This document shows, one piece after another, positions 1 through 8,523 of a stretch of DNA of 64,000 bases. The position numbers were made by a program, and so were the translations under genes. The DNA is from Hadesarchaea archaeon. GTDB lineage: Archaea > Hadarchaeota > Hadarchaeia > Hadarchaeales > Hadarchaeaceae. The stretch lies in the NCBI GenBank assembly GCA_004375695.1, contig SOKQ01000021.1, positions 11,505 through 75,504 of the forward strand, in the 5' to 3' direction. Under the pieces are notes generated by a model. That model worked only from the letters and a program-made list of their open reading frames with translations, had not been told where the DNA came from and did not search any database. How positions within the stretch are numbered: position 1 is the stretch's first letter; each line of letters opens with the position of its first letter.

Positions 1-423
1 ATAATTCCTAAAAACCACATTTACGGTACCTTGTACACCTACGACGAAAAAGGGGTAGTTAAAGGCGCTGAATGGGTTAGGGCAGGGTCGGCTAAGGTAC
101 AAGCACTTAATCTGGCCAGAAATAAGGAGAGAATTCCTCCGGAAAGAACCGTCTATGTGGGAGATGGCCATTCCGATATGTACGTGATGTTACACGTAAA
201 AACTTACAATGGATACCCGATAGCCGTCTCGCCATCACCTTTCCTTGGGCACATCTCTAAAAGAACAGTACTTTCGCAGAACGCATTGTGTATCTTAATC
301 CCGGTTCTAGAAGATATAGTCAAACTAAGTGAAGAAGAAGTCAGAGAATTCTTAGAAAAAATGGGGCACCCGATTCAAGAGTGGGATAGGGCAAAAATTG
401 AATGGGTCGATTTAGCTAACTGA
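1..423 (+). CDS. HAD-superfamily hydrolase, 5'-partial (frame open from window edge)
   Basis: HAD motif III/IV-like K...YVGDGHSD; frame 1 has no stop from position 1 to TGA 421-423. Confidence 0.7.
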   Translation: MIPKNHIYGTLYTYDEKGVVKGAEWVRAGSAKVQALNLARNKERIPPERTVYVGDGHSDMYVMLHVKTYNGYPIAVSPSPFLGHISKRTVLSQNALCILIPVLEDIVKLSEEEVREFLEKMGHPIQEWDRAKIEWVDLAN

Positions 424-481
424 TAGTGTATCTCTTTGCGACTATGAAAGAGGCGCCCCACGTTAAAATTAAAAACAAAAC

Positions 482-711
482 GGCGGGGACTTCGACCCTT
501 CCGTTACTATTTCGCCAAGCTTCGGAGTCTCGACCACTTCCGTTGCTTAACGCTTTTTCACATCAGGATCTTTATCCCACAGTCGTTGCCTCGCACTATA
601 CTTCCTAGTGCTTATCCGCAACCATCCGTGGTTTTTCGTCCACGTTTTTTCGCGGCTCCCTGTTGTCCGTAGACTTCAGTTCGGCCTCCTCTATGGGCTT
701 CTATCCCCGCC
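482..711 (-). ncRNA. Candidate ~230-nt structured non-coding RNA of unknown family
   Basis: Terminal helix GGCGGGGAT/GTCCCCGCC, several internal hairpins including C(UACG)G, TATA box TTTATAGA at 740-733, T-tract directly after the 3' end. Confidence 0.5.
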
Positions 712-950
712 ATTCTTTTTTTAGATTCAACTTCTATAAATAAGTTGTTTTTAAAAATGGAAATATATCCAATTTAGAAATATCATTAAATGCGGTTAGA
801 TGCGGTTTTATTCGCGTATTATGAGAACTTTTTTCACATGATTTGATGTTTATATAAGGGGTTAATTTTTTTTGTTGGAATTTCGTTGCCGAGTAACTTC
901 AATTCCTTTAATTTTTACATCTTGCGGCTCCGAGTAAACAGGGGTGTTGA

Positions 951-1661
951 CTAACTGATGTGAACTCTAAATTCTTTACAACCATTTCTTACGGGGCAGT
1001 TTTGGCATCTTTGGGGCTTGCAATACTTTAGACTCAACCTGACCAACTGGGATTCGAGGGATTTTATCTCACTCTCCTTCTCCAGCCCTAGTTTCTTCGC
1101 GGCGTCATCCGCAAGGCGGGATATAGTTGGGTTGGCCTTCTCCCACACGGACCTCAGCTCCCGCAAGAAGATGTTGATCGTTGTCGGCCCCACGCCCTTG
1201 AATTCCAGCAATCTTTTCTCCAAGTCTTCGCTGTCGTTGGCGCTTGCGTACAGGTTTTCAAGTGATTTGTATTTCCCCTTCAACGATTTAGACACTTCAA
1301 GCAATTTTGTGGCGGTAGAAAAATCGTAACGTACGTACCCACCGGAGTCCAAAATTTCGACGAGCTTGTCCCATCCCGCATCCAAAATTTTCTCAGGTGT
1401 GTTTATCCCAGACCTTTCGAACTCCATGTAAGTCCTCTTTGCTATTTCTGCTGAGATTCGTTTGGCGAACAACATTGATGCTAGAAACCACTTGAATCGG
1501 TCTTTTGGCTCTCCCAGATTCAAGCCGAGCTCTTCCGAATAGCTAGGTAACTCCTTGAGCTTTCGTTTGACTTTCAGCTTAACCAACGATATTCTATCTT
1601 CCAATCTCACCAAAATAATGTTTCTTTCAGCTTGACCCCCTACGGTTGCCCGACGCCTCAT
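951..1661 (-). CDS. HhH-GPD family DNA glycosylase / endonuclease III-like (true start probably downstream, ~1586-1613)
   Basis: HhH motif LLEFKGVGPTT; C-terminal Cx5-6CxxCx5C Fe-S-like motif (CKPQRCQNCPVRNGC). Confidence 0.75.
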   Translation of the reverse strand: MRRRATVGGQAERNIILVRLEDRISLVKLKVKRKLKELPSYSEELGLNLGEPKDRFKWFLASMLFAKRISAEIAKRTYMEFERSGINTPEKILDAGWDKLVEILDSGGYVRYDFSTATKLLEVSKSLKGKYKSLENLYASANDSEDLEKRLLEFKGVGPTTINIFLRELRSVWEKANPTISRLADDAAKKLGLEKESEIKSLESQLVRLSLKYCKPQRCQNCPVRNGCKEFRVHIS

Positions 1662-1797
1662 GGCAACTAGGTGAAAATCGTTTCAATTTTAACTTCCGCG
1701 ACGGGAAATCTTCTTTGTTCACAGAAGAGATGAAAACCAACTTCATTGTAAATAGCATATAAATACTTTTACAGCGCGATTGCATGAATGGGATGCA

Positions 1798-2985
1798 ATG
1801 GAATCAGAATTTTACAGAACAAAGCTAGACAACGGCTTGACAGTGTTACTTGAGCGCAGAAAGTCTCCAGTTGTGACTTCCCTTTTAGCCTACAGGTTGG
1901 GTGCGGCTCGCGAGCCAGCCGAATTCAAAGGCGTTGCGCACTATTTAGAGCACTGTATCTTTCAGGGGACGAAGACCAAGTCTTTCAAGGAAATTTCGGC
2001 CGTCGTGGAGAAGCATGGGGGAATACTCAACGGGTCCACCGAAGAAGAGGTAACAACGTTTTGGACAAAATTGCCGTCTAAATATTTGGATTTGGGAGTG
2101 GATTTGCTTTCTGACATGCTGGCCAATCCCGCTTTTGATGAACGAAAAATAGAGAAAGAGAAAAAAGTTGTTTTAGAAGAAGTAAAGATGCATCACGATA
2201 CGCCTACCACGTACGTTTTCGAAAGGGCAAAATCCTTTTTGTACGAGAAACCCTTTGGAATGAAAATCGTGGGGACGGAGAAAACAATCAAACCAATCTC
2301 TAGGGAAATTCTTTTGAGTTTTTTCGACCTTTACAATGACCCCGTCCTCTGTGTTGTCGGTGAAGCAGATTTCGACGAGGTAGTCGAGGCTGCCGAACGG
2401 AAAATAACCGTTAAGAGGATGCCTCCATCAAAATTGAAGATAAACAAAATAAACAAACAGGCGGTGGAGCGGAGGAAAGGGCTTAAACAGGCACACCTCG
2501 TGCTCGCCTTTCACACGGCGACTTTGAGAGATAGAAGGAGATATGCGCTTGAATCCTTTAACGCTATTTTTTCGGATGGGGGATCTTCTCGATTATTCCA
2601 AGAAATAAGAGACAAAAGAGGGCTTGCCTATCATGTTAGATCTTATCCTCAAATTGGGGTTGATTACGGGCATAATTTAATTTATGTCGGTACAGATGCG
2701 GGGCACGTCAAGCAGGTAAAGGAACTCATTTTAAAGGAAATCAAGAAAATGCGGGAGCTAGATAAAAAAGAGTTTGAGGAATCAAAAGAGCAACTGATCG
2801 GCCGGTATAAGTTAATTCAAGAGGATAGCTGGAGGGTTGCCCTCGCGTTGCTTTGGGAAGAACTCGCAGGGTCTGCAGAGGAATTTTACAGATATGAGCA
2901 AAGAATTTCCGAGTTAAAGCTTCAGGATGTGAGAGAGCTCGGCAAATTGAAAAGATATTCTTTTGCGGCGCTTGTTCCAAAGTGA
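1798..2985 (+). CDS. M16B (pitrilysin-family) zinc peptidase
   Basis: Inverted zinc motif HYLEH; LDNGL N-terminus; SRLFQEIR-x-KRGLAY motif. Confidence 0.9.
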   Translation: MESEFYRTKLDNGLTVLLERRKSPVVTSLLAYRLGAAREPAEFKGVAHYLEHCIFQGTKTKSFKEISAVVEKHGGILNGSTEEEVTTFWTKLPSKYLDLGVDLLSDMLANPAFDERKIEKEKKVVLEEVKMHHDTPTTYVFERAKSFLYEKPFGMKIVGTEKTIKPISREILLSFFDLYNDPVLCVVGEADFDEVVEAAERKITVKRMPPSKLKINKINKQAVERRKGLKQAHLVLAFHTATLRDRRRYALESFNAIFSDGGSSRLFQEIRDKRGLAYHVRSYPQIGVDYGHNLIYVGTDAGHVKQVKELILKEIKKMRELDKKEFEESKEQLIGRYKLIQEDSWRVALALLWEELAGSAEEFYRYEQRISELKLQDVRELGKLKRYSFAALVPK

Positions 2986-3068
2986 CTTGGTAAAATTGAT
3001 TTACCACTTTTTGAGTAACAACTGGAACGCTGCAACCGAAACTACTAATTCATTGAAAAACCATTACC

Positions 3069-3641
3069 GTGAAGAGAGAAATGGAGGTATTTGAAGCCAT
3101 TCGGAGGAGGAAATCGGTTCGAGCATATGCCTCAACTCCAGTACCGAGGGATATACTGGAGAGAATTTTAGAGGCGGCCCGTTTGGCACCCTCGGCCGAA
3201 AACCGCCAGCCCTGGTATTTCATCGTCGTGACGGACCTGGAGAAGCGAAAGCGGATCGCGAAGAGCGGTAGGTTTGCAGGTTTTCTGAAGGAGTCCCCAA
3301 TCGTAATCGTCGGCTGCGGCGACCGGAAGGCCTCGCCAAAATGGCACGTGGTTGATGTCACCATCGCCATGCAGAATATGGTCTTAGTAGCAACAGGGGA
3401 GGGCCTAGGAACTTGTTGGGTTGGAAGCTTCGATGAAGGACTGGTCAAGAGGCTGTTGAAGATCCCGGAGCACTTGAAGGTGGTCGCACTCTTGGCTGTG
3501 GGATACCCGCGCAAGAAACTTGACTTGCTGGCGAAAATTTTGCATTTTTTCCGTCGAAGGAAGCGATTAGACAAGATAGTTGGGTTTGAGGAATATAAGG
3601 GGAAAGCACCGAATATTTATCCGGGACCCCATGCTCGATAG
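3069..3641 (+). CDS. Nitroreductase family protein
   Basis: RRKSVRAY, APSAENRQPW and GLGTCW motifs. Confidence 0.9.
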   Translation: MKREMEVFEAIRRRKSVRAYASTPVPRDILERILEAARLAPSAENRQPWYFIVVTDLEKRKRIAKSGRFAGFLKESPIVIVGCGDRKASPKWHVVDVTIAMQNMVLVATGEGLGTCWVGSFDEGLVKRLLKIPEHLKVVALLAVGYPRKKLDLLAKILHFFRRRKRLDKIVGFEEYKGKAPNIYPGPHAR

Positions 3642-4209
3642 GGAAAAGAGGTTACGGGTTGCCGGGCTTTGTGGAGTGATCGTCCCGGTGGTGGCATTTT
3701 CGTGTATTTTCATCGCCATATCCCTGTCCCCGTGGTTCAGCTGGACGGCGAACGCGCTGAGCGACCTCGGGGTGGGTGAAGCCGCTTGGGTGTTCAATTC
3801 TGGGCTGATGGCCAGCGGGATCCTCATGATGATTTTTGCAGCCGGCCTCTTGGTGGCGTTTGGGGGACGAGCTCTGAGGCGCGTGGGTGCAGTCTTTTTG
3901 TTTTTTGACGCCGTTGCCCTATTTGGTATAGGGGTGTTCTCGGAGGCAGCAGGGGATATCCACTCCTACTTCTCGGTGGCATTCTTCGTGCTGTTACCCC
4001 TCTCGCTTTTCCTGCTCGGTGCCGGCGCAGTCATGGCTGGTTCCAAGAAGTTCGGGTCCTTCACGATCGTAGACGGAATCCTAGCCGCTCTTCCCTGGGC
4101 CTTCGGCTGGGATGGTGTGGCGATTCCAGAGGCGATTTCAGCGCTCGTCGCGTCAATTTGGATTGTGGCAGAAGGGGCGAGGCTCTACCTAGGGCATGGA
4201 AAAGGGTAG
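3631..4209 (+). CDS. DUF998-like membrane protein
   Basis: PWFSW..NALSDLG, FN.GL, H..FSVAFF; several hydrophobic helices. Confidence 0.75.
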   Translation: MLDREKRLRVAGLCGVIVPVVAFSCIFIAISLSPWFSWTANALSDLGVGEAAWVFNSGLMASGILMMIFAAGLLVAFGGRALRRVGAVFLFFDAVALFGIGVFSEAAGDIHSYFSVAFFVLLPLSLFLLGAGAVMAGSKKFGSFTIVDGILAALPWAFGWDGVAIPEAISALVASIWIVAEGARLYLGHGKG

Positions 4210-4689
4210 TCTCTGAACGAGGGACCAGTACTCGGACAAATGTTTCTCCATCTCCTTGTAATTCCCGAATTCGCTCCCCACCAGCTTCCAGAAAGCCTTG
4301 CGGTGATTTCTTTCCTTGAGGTGCGCGACCTCGTGACACGCGATGTACCGGATGAGGTCGGGAGGGAGATATACCAGCCGGAGGTTGAAGTTCAAATTTC
4401 CATCGGACGAGCAACTGCCCCACCTAGTCCGCTGTCTCCTTATGGTTATCCGGTTGAACCTCACGCCAAGCTTCCCGCTGTAGTGAGCAAGTGCGGGTTC
4501 AAGTTCATCGAGGAGCCTTCGCTTCAGGATCCGCTCGAGCCGATTAAGGTGGTTCGGGCTGCTTGGGTCGAACTCGATAACTTTTTCGTCGAAGTCGACC
4601 ATCAGGGACCCGTTTTCACGGAACTCGAAGCGCTCCCCCAAGATGAGAGGACCTCTGGAGTTTCTTGAAGTGACCGATTGCTCCCTCAT
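4189..4689 (-). CDS. YgjP/DUF45-like metal-dependent hydrolase
   Basis: RWGSCS, HEVAH zinc motif, NH..FW; ATG at 4689. Confidence 0.85.
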   Translation of the reverse strand: MREQSVTSRNSRGPLILGERFEFRENGSLMVDFDEKVIEFDPSSPNHLNRLERILKRRLLDELEPALAHYSGKLGVRFNRITIRRQRTRWGSCSSDGNLNFNLRLVYLPPDLIRYIACHEVAHLKERNHRKAFWKLVGSEFGNYKEMEKHLSEYWSLVQRLPFSMP

Positions 4690-4763
4690 GCGCCCCCCAG
4701 CAAATTCGGTTCGTTCGGGTTTTATATAAATTAAATTACAAGGAGGAGAAGATACGTGATCGC

Positions 4764-5399
4764 ATGACAAAGGTCGTTTCGTTTGACCTGGACGGGACGC
4801 TAATCGACCGGAAGTTCATGGATTCTCTCTGGTTCGAGGGCTTCTCCAGGCGTTACGCCGAGCGGTGGGGAGTTAGTCAGGAGGAGGCGCTGAAGGAGAT
4901 CACGCGCAGGTACGGCGGGGTCGGGATGGAAAGGCTCGAGTGGTACGATATCGACTATTGGTGGAAGGAGTTCGAGCTGGGCGGGAGCTGGAGGGACCTT
5001 GTCGATGAGCTCCGCTCGAACGTGAGGGCCTATCCGGAGGTCCACGAAGTCCTGGATGAACTCCATCGGAGGTTCAAGCTCATAGTCATCACGAACGGGG
5101 CGCGCGAGTTGGTCGAGGTGGAGACCGAGCAGGCCGGATTAAACGACTACATTGACCGGATGTTCTCCGCGACCTCGGATTTCGGGCTTGTAAAGAAGAC
5201 GAGCGAGTTCTACTTGGATATCCTGAAGGAGGTTGGCGTTTCCACCGCGGAGGTGGTACACGTGGGTGACAACTGGGTGTTCGACTACCTCGCGCCGAGG
5301 GAGGCCGGCATTCGGGCATTTTTCCTCGACCGCGATGGAAAGCAATCTGGGGAGTCAGTGGTTAGGGACCTGAAGGAGTTCTCGCGTCAGCTGTTGTGA
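4764..5399 (+). CDS. HAD-superfamily hydrolase
   Basis: FDLDGTL, ITNG, K, HVGD...D motifs. Confidence 0.9.
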   Translation: MTKVVSFDLDGTLIDRKFMDSLWFEGFSRRYAERWGVSQEEALKEITRRYGGVGMERLEWYDIDYWWKEFELGGSWRDLVDELRSNVRAYPEVHEVLDELHRRFKLIVITNGARELVEVETEQAGLNDYIDRMFSATSDFGLVKKTSEFYLDILKEVGVSTAEVVHVGDNWVFDYLAPREAGIRAFFLDRDGKQSGESVVRDLKEFSRQLL

Positions 5400-6229
5400 A
5401 CCTCATGAAAGCGGGACCTGAATGTCTGGATTGTCTGTGGAAGCTCTCGCGCCAGGCCACGGAGCTAGCGACCTCCGACCCCAAGGTGAAATCCATGATC
5501 GAGAGGGAAGTTTCGCGCATCCTAGGGCGCTTCTCTGAGGATATCGTTCCTTCGGATTTCGGCAACCAACTCCACCAGACCATCAGGGAGATCTCCAAGA
5601 ACCCCGACCCCTACAGCGAGCAAAAGTTGCGGGAGATCAAGACTGCAAGGCTGGCATTTTCGAAAATCAAACCTCGAGGGGATTTAAGGAGCTGTGTGGA
5701 GATCGCCGCCCAGGGGAACGCCATCGACTTCTTCGTGGATCCCGAAAGCCTCGGTCGCGAACTTTCCGTTAGACCGAATTTTGTCATAGACGATATAGCG
5801 AAGCTCGAGCGCAAGCTGGAGGGTGTCAAGGACATCCTGTATCTGGCCGACAACGCTGCCGAGGTGTTCTTCGACCTGCCCCTGCTGACGTTCCTCGGGA
5901 GGAAGGCGAGGGTGGGGTATGTGGTCAAGGAGAGCCCGGTTCAGAACGATCTGTCTGTTGGGGATATTCGACTTACGGGGCTTAGGCTTCCGGCCGAGAT
6001 CATCCCTTCACCCGCCACGGTGGGCTTTTACCCGGACAGGTCTTCTCCCCAGCTTAGAGAAAGGTTCGCGCGGGCGGACCTGGTGGTGGCTAAAGGGATG
6101 GGAAATTATGAAACGCTTTCGGAGTTGCCAGAAAGTGGGAAATTCTTCTACATCTTTCGAGCTAAATGTGGGCCAGTTGCACGAAGTCTGGGTGTAAACG
6201 TTGGAGACTACGTGGCGATGCTGCGATAG
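5396..6229 (+). CDS. ARMT1/DUF89 damage-control phosphatase
   Basis: N-terminal CxxC; GNAIDF, DNAAE, ND and KGMGNYE motifs. Confidence 0.88.
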   Translation: MNLMKAGPECLDCLWKLSRQATELATSDPKVKSMIEREVSRILGRFSEDIVPSDFGNQLHQTIREISKNPDPYSEQKLREIKTARLAFSKIKPRGDLRSCVEIAAQGNAIDFFVDPESLGRELSVRPNFVIDDIAKLERKLEGVKDILYLADNAAEVFFDLPLLTFLGRKARVGYVVKESPVQNDLSVGDIRLTGLRLPAEIIPSPATVGFYPDRSSPQLRERFARADLVVAKGMGNYETLSELPESGKFFYIFRAKCGPVARSLGVNVGDYVAMLR

Positions 6230-6391
6230 GTCTGGCGAAAAAGTGTGGAATCAAATAAGGGTATTTATTCTATTCACTCCCGAACTAGGAGTTATATTTC
6301 TTATTATTGGGGCCTTAGTAACCGCTAGGGCGGATGAAGCCAGTACATTTGGCTAACAATGAGTTAAAAAGTTTCAGCAAGAGTAACTTTG

Positions 6392-7135
6392 ATGCCCAAC
6401 AACTTGTACTATCGCATTTCCCACCGCCTATCCGGCTTCCGTCTTCTCGGCCTAGCCTTCACCCTGTTCGCCCTGGCAAACATCATAATTTACCTTTTGA
6501 TTTCCCTCCACCCCCCGCTCCTCGAGGGCCTCTGGCTCTCCGCCGACCGCCCCTGGGGCATCCTGACCTCAGCCTTCACCCACGCCGACCTCCCCCACCT
6601 CGCCAGCAACCTCGAGGGTTTCACCTTGGCGGCTTTGCTTTTCATCCCCGTGAGTTTGGCGTATCCGGCGAGGGTCCGCAGGCGTTGGAGCCGCATCTTC
6701 TTCTGGCTCGTATTCCTCGCCGGCATCGGTGCGAACGTGATAGAGTATCCGCTGATACTGGTCGGTCCTGGCTTCAACTCCTGGGGCGCTTCGGGAATCG
6801 TATACGGGGCCCTCGGAGTCCTCCTGGCGGCTTGCCTCCAGAGCCTACCGGACCACCTAAAGACACTTTCCAAGGAGCGTCGCCGGGTCCGCAGGCGTAA
6901 AAAATGGAGGCCGTTCAGATTCAATCGGAGATTCCTGAAAACTTTTCCCGCCCTCGTGACACTTTCCCTTCTCTTCTCCTTTTTCTGGCTGATTTTCACC
7001 GACCCCGGGGTTTTCCTGAGTGCCGGGCCGGGGATCGATGTGTTCGCCCACGGGTTCGGGTTCTTAGGGGGGTTCGGAGGTGCTATGGTTCTCTTCAGAT
7101 TTGATTTTCGCCGTGTTCGAGCAAGCGAAAATTAA
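6392..7135 (+). CDS. Rhomboid-family intramembrane serine protease
   Basis: PWGILTSAFTH..HL.SN, GASG catalytic Ser, AH..G catalytic His. Confidence 0.8.
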   Translation: MPNNLYYRISHRLSGFRLLGLAFTLFALANIIIYLLISLHPPLLEGLWLSADRPWGILTSAFTHADLPHLASNLEGFTLAALLFIPVSLAYPARVRRRWSRIFFWLVFLAGIGANVIEYPLILVGPGFNSWGASGIVYGALGVLLAACLQSLPDHLKTLSKERRRVRRRKKWRPFRFNRRFLKTFPALVTLSLLFSFFWLIFTDPGVFLSAGPGIDVFAHGFGFLGGFGGAMVLFRFDFRRVRASEN

Positions 7136-7316
7136 GTGGCGCGGTACATTTTCTATCGTATTTGATTCAAAATGCACTTCGTACAAACCGCTACACCTTC
7201 TTGCTTTCCGTTATTGGTAAACATTTTTATTCTTGCGGTCACATGTATCATTACCGATTGGGTCCGCGCAGGATGTCGTGATTCTCGTTCGACGGACCCG
7301 AGTTGAGGTGTTTCAG

Positions 7317-8513
7317 ATGCGAAAGTTAAAAGTTGCAGTTCTCGGTTGGGAGCCCCCATCTAGGAACAGGGTGGTGACGGGGGCCGGGATGTACCTCGGC
7401 TACCTAGCGGAGCTTGGAGTGTTTGCCCGTGCCCGAGGCCGAAAGCTCAGCCTCACATTCATCGTCCCCTCGCAGCGGGACAGGCTGGTCCACCGCGAGG
7501 GTTATCGGGTGCTGTTTGTCCGCACCCCGAGGTTTCGCGAGCACCGCCCGTACGACGCGGATGTCCTGTATCCGGCGACCAAAAGATTTGCGAAACGGTT
7601 GCTTGGAAGACGCAGCCCCGTCGATCTCAAAAAATTTGACGTGATCTTGGCCAACTCATTCGCCTTCGGGGAGCTGATCGCCCGCGCAAGACTCGACAAC
7701 TTCGTGTACATCTCTCACCGTCCCGAGTTCCTGCGGGAAAAATTTGCAGAGCGCTTTGGGGTCCGAATAGCAAGCAAACGCAGGCTTCGCCGTGATGCGA
7801 GGCTGGAGGCCAAAGCGATTGAGAATTCTAGGCGGACGATAACTGTGAGCAAAGCTTGTAAACGAGAGCTAGCTCGGCGGTTCGACCGTAACTGCATCGA
7901 CGTAATCTACAACGGAGTCGACACAAACCTGTTCAGCCGAGTCAAGTGCGAGTCCAACGGGAAAACTGTATTTACCTACGCCGGGCGGAACCACCCCGAA
8001 AAGGGAATCGACCTTCTCTTGCGGAGCGTCCAGCGCGTGGTAGACAGGGGGTGCTCCAACTTCGAGCTTCGGATGCTCACAGACGACGGCATCTTGTTAA
8101 AGCGGGCGGTGAAGCGCATGGACCTCTCTAAGTATGTCAAGCTGGTGGGATGGCGGCGGCTGCGCGAGCTTCCTCGCTATTACTCCTCAAGCACCTTCAC
8201 CATCATGCCCTCCTACTGGGAGAGCTTCTCATACGCGACGGCCGAGGGGCTGGCGTGTGAGGTGCCTACGATAGTCTCGACGGCTGGTGCGCTGCAAGAG
8301 ATGGTTGATGGTGAGGTTGGGCTGCACTTCCGGGCTGGGAGCGAGCGTGAGCTTGCCAACAGGCTGGAGGAGGCCTGTAGTTGTGACTCGGAGCGCGCGG
8401 CCGAGATGGGGCGGCGAGGGCGAAGGAGAGTCAAGCAGAAATTCTCGAAGGAGGCTTTCCTGAACAAATACCTACGGTACATCGAGCGGTTCGCGGATGG
8501 CGTGTTCTCTTAA
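7317..8513 (+). CDS. Glycosyltransferase family 4
   Basis: NGVD, GR...KG and ESFSYATAEG (Ex7E) motifs; SD GAGGTG before ATG 7317. Confidence 0.85.
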   Translation: MRKLKVAVLGWEPPSRNRVVTGAGMYLGYLAELGVFARARGRKLSLTFIVPSQRDRLVHREGYRVLFVRTPRFREHRPYDADVLYPATKRFAKRLLGRRSPVDLKKFDVILANSFAFGELIARARLDNFVYISHRPEFLREKFAERFGVRIASKRRLRRDARLEAKAIENSRRTITVSKACKRELARRFDRNCIDVIYNGVDTNLFSRVKCESNGKTVFTYAGRNHPEKGIDLLLRSVQRVVDRGCSNFELRMLTDDGILLKRAVKRMDLSKYVKLVGWRRLRELPRYYSSSTFTIMPSYWESFSYATAEGLACEVPTIVSTAGALQEMVDGEVGLHFRAGSERELANRLEEACSCDSERAAEMGRRGRRRVKQKFSKEAFLNKYLRYIERFADGVFS

Positions 8514-8523
8514 AAAAACACAT

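Noticed and set aside
426..608. 60-aa plus-strand ORF
   Set aside because: No recognisable motif; it lies antisense to the structured RNA candidate, whose promoter and terminator are on the minus strand.
482..711. Assignment as RNase P RNA, SRP RNA, tmRNA or hammerhead ribozyme
   Set aside because: Only vague fragments match (AACGGAAGGG, AGCAACGG, CTGATG). The P4 signature, SRP helix 8, TPsiC arm and hammerhead core are not present.
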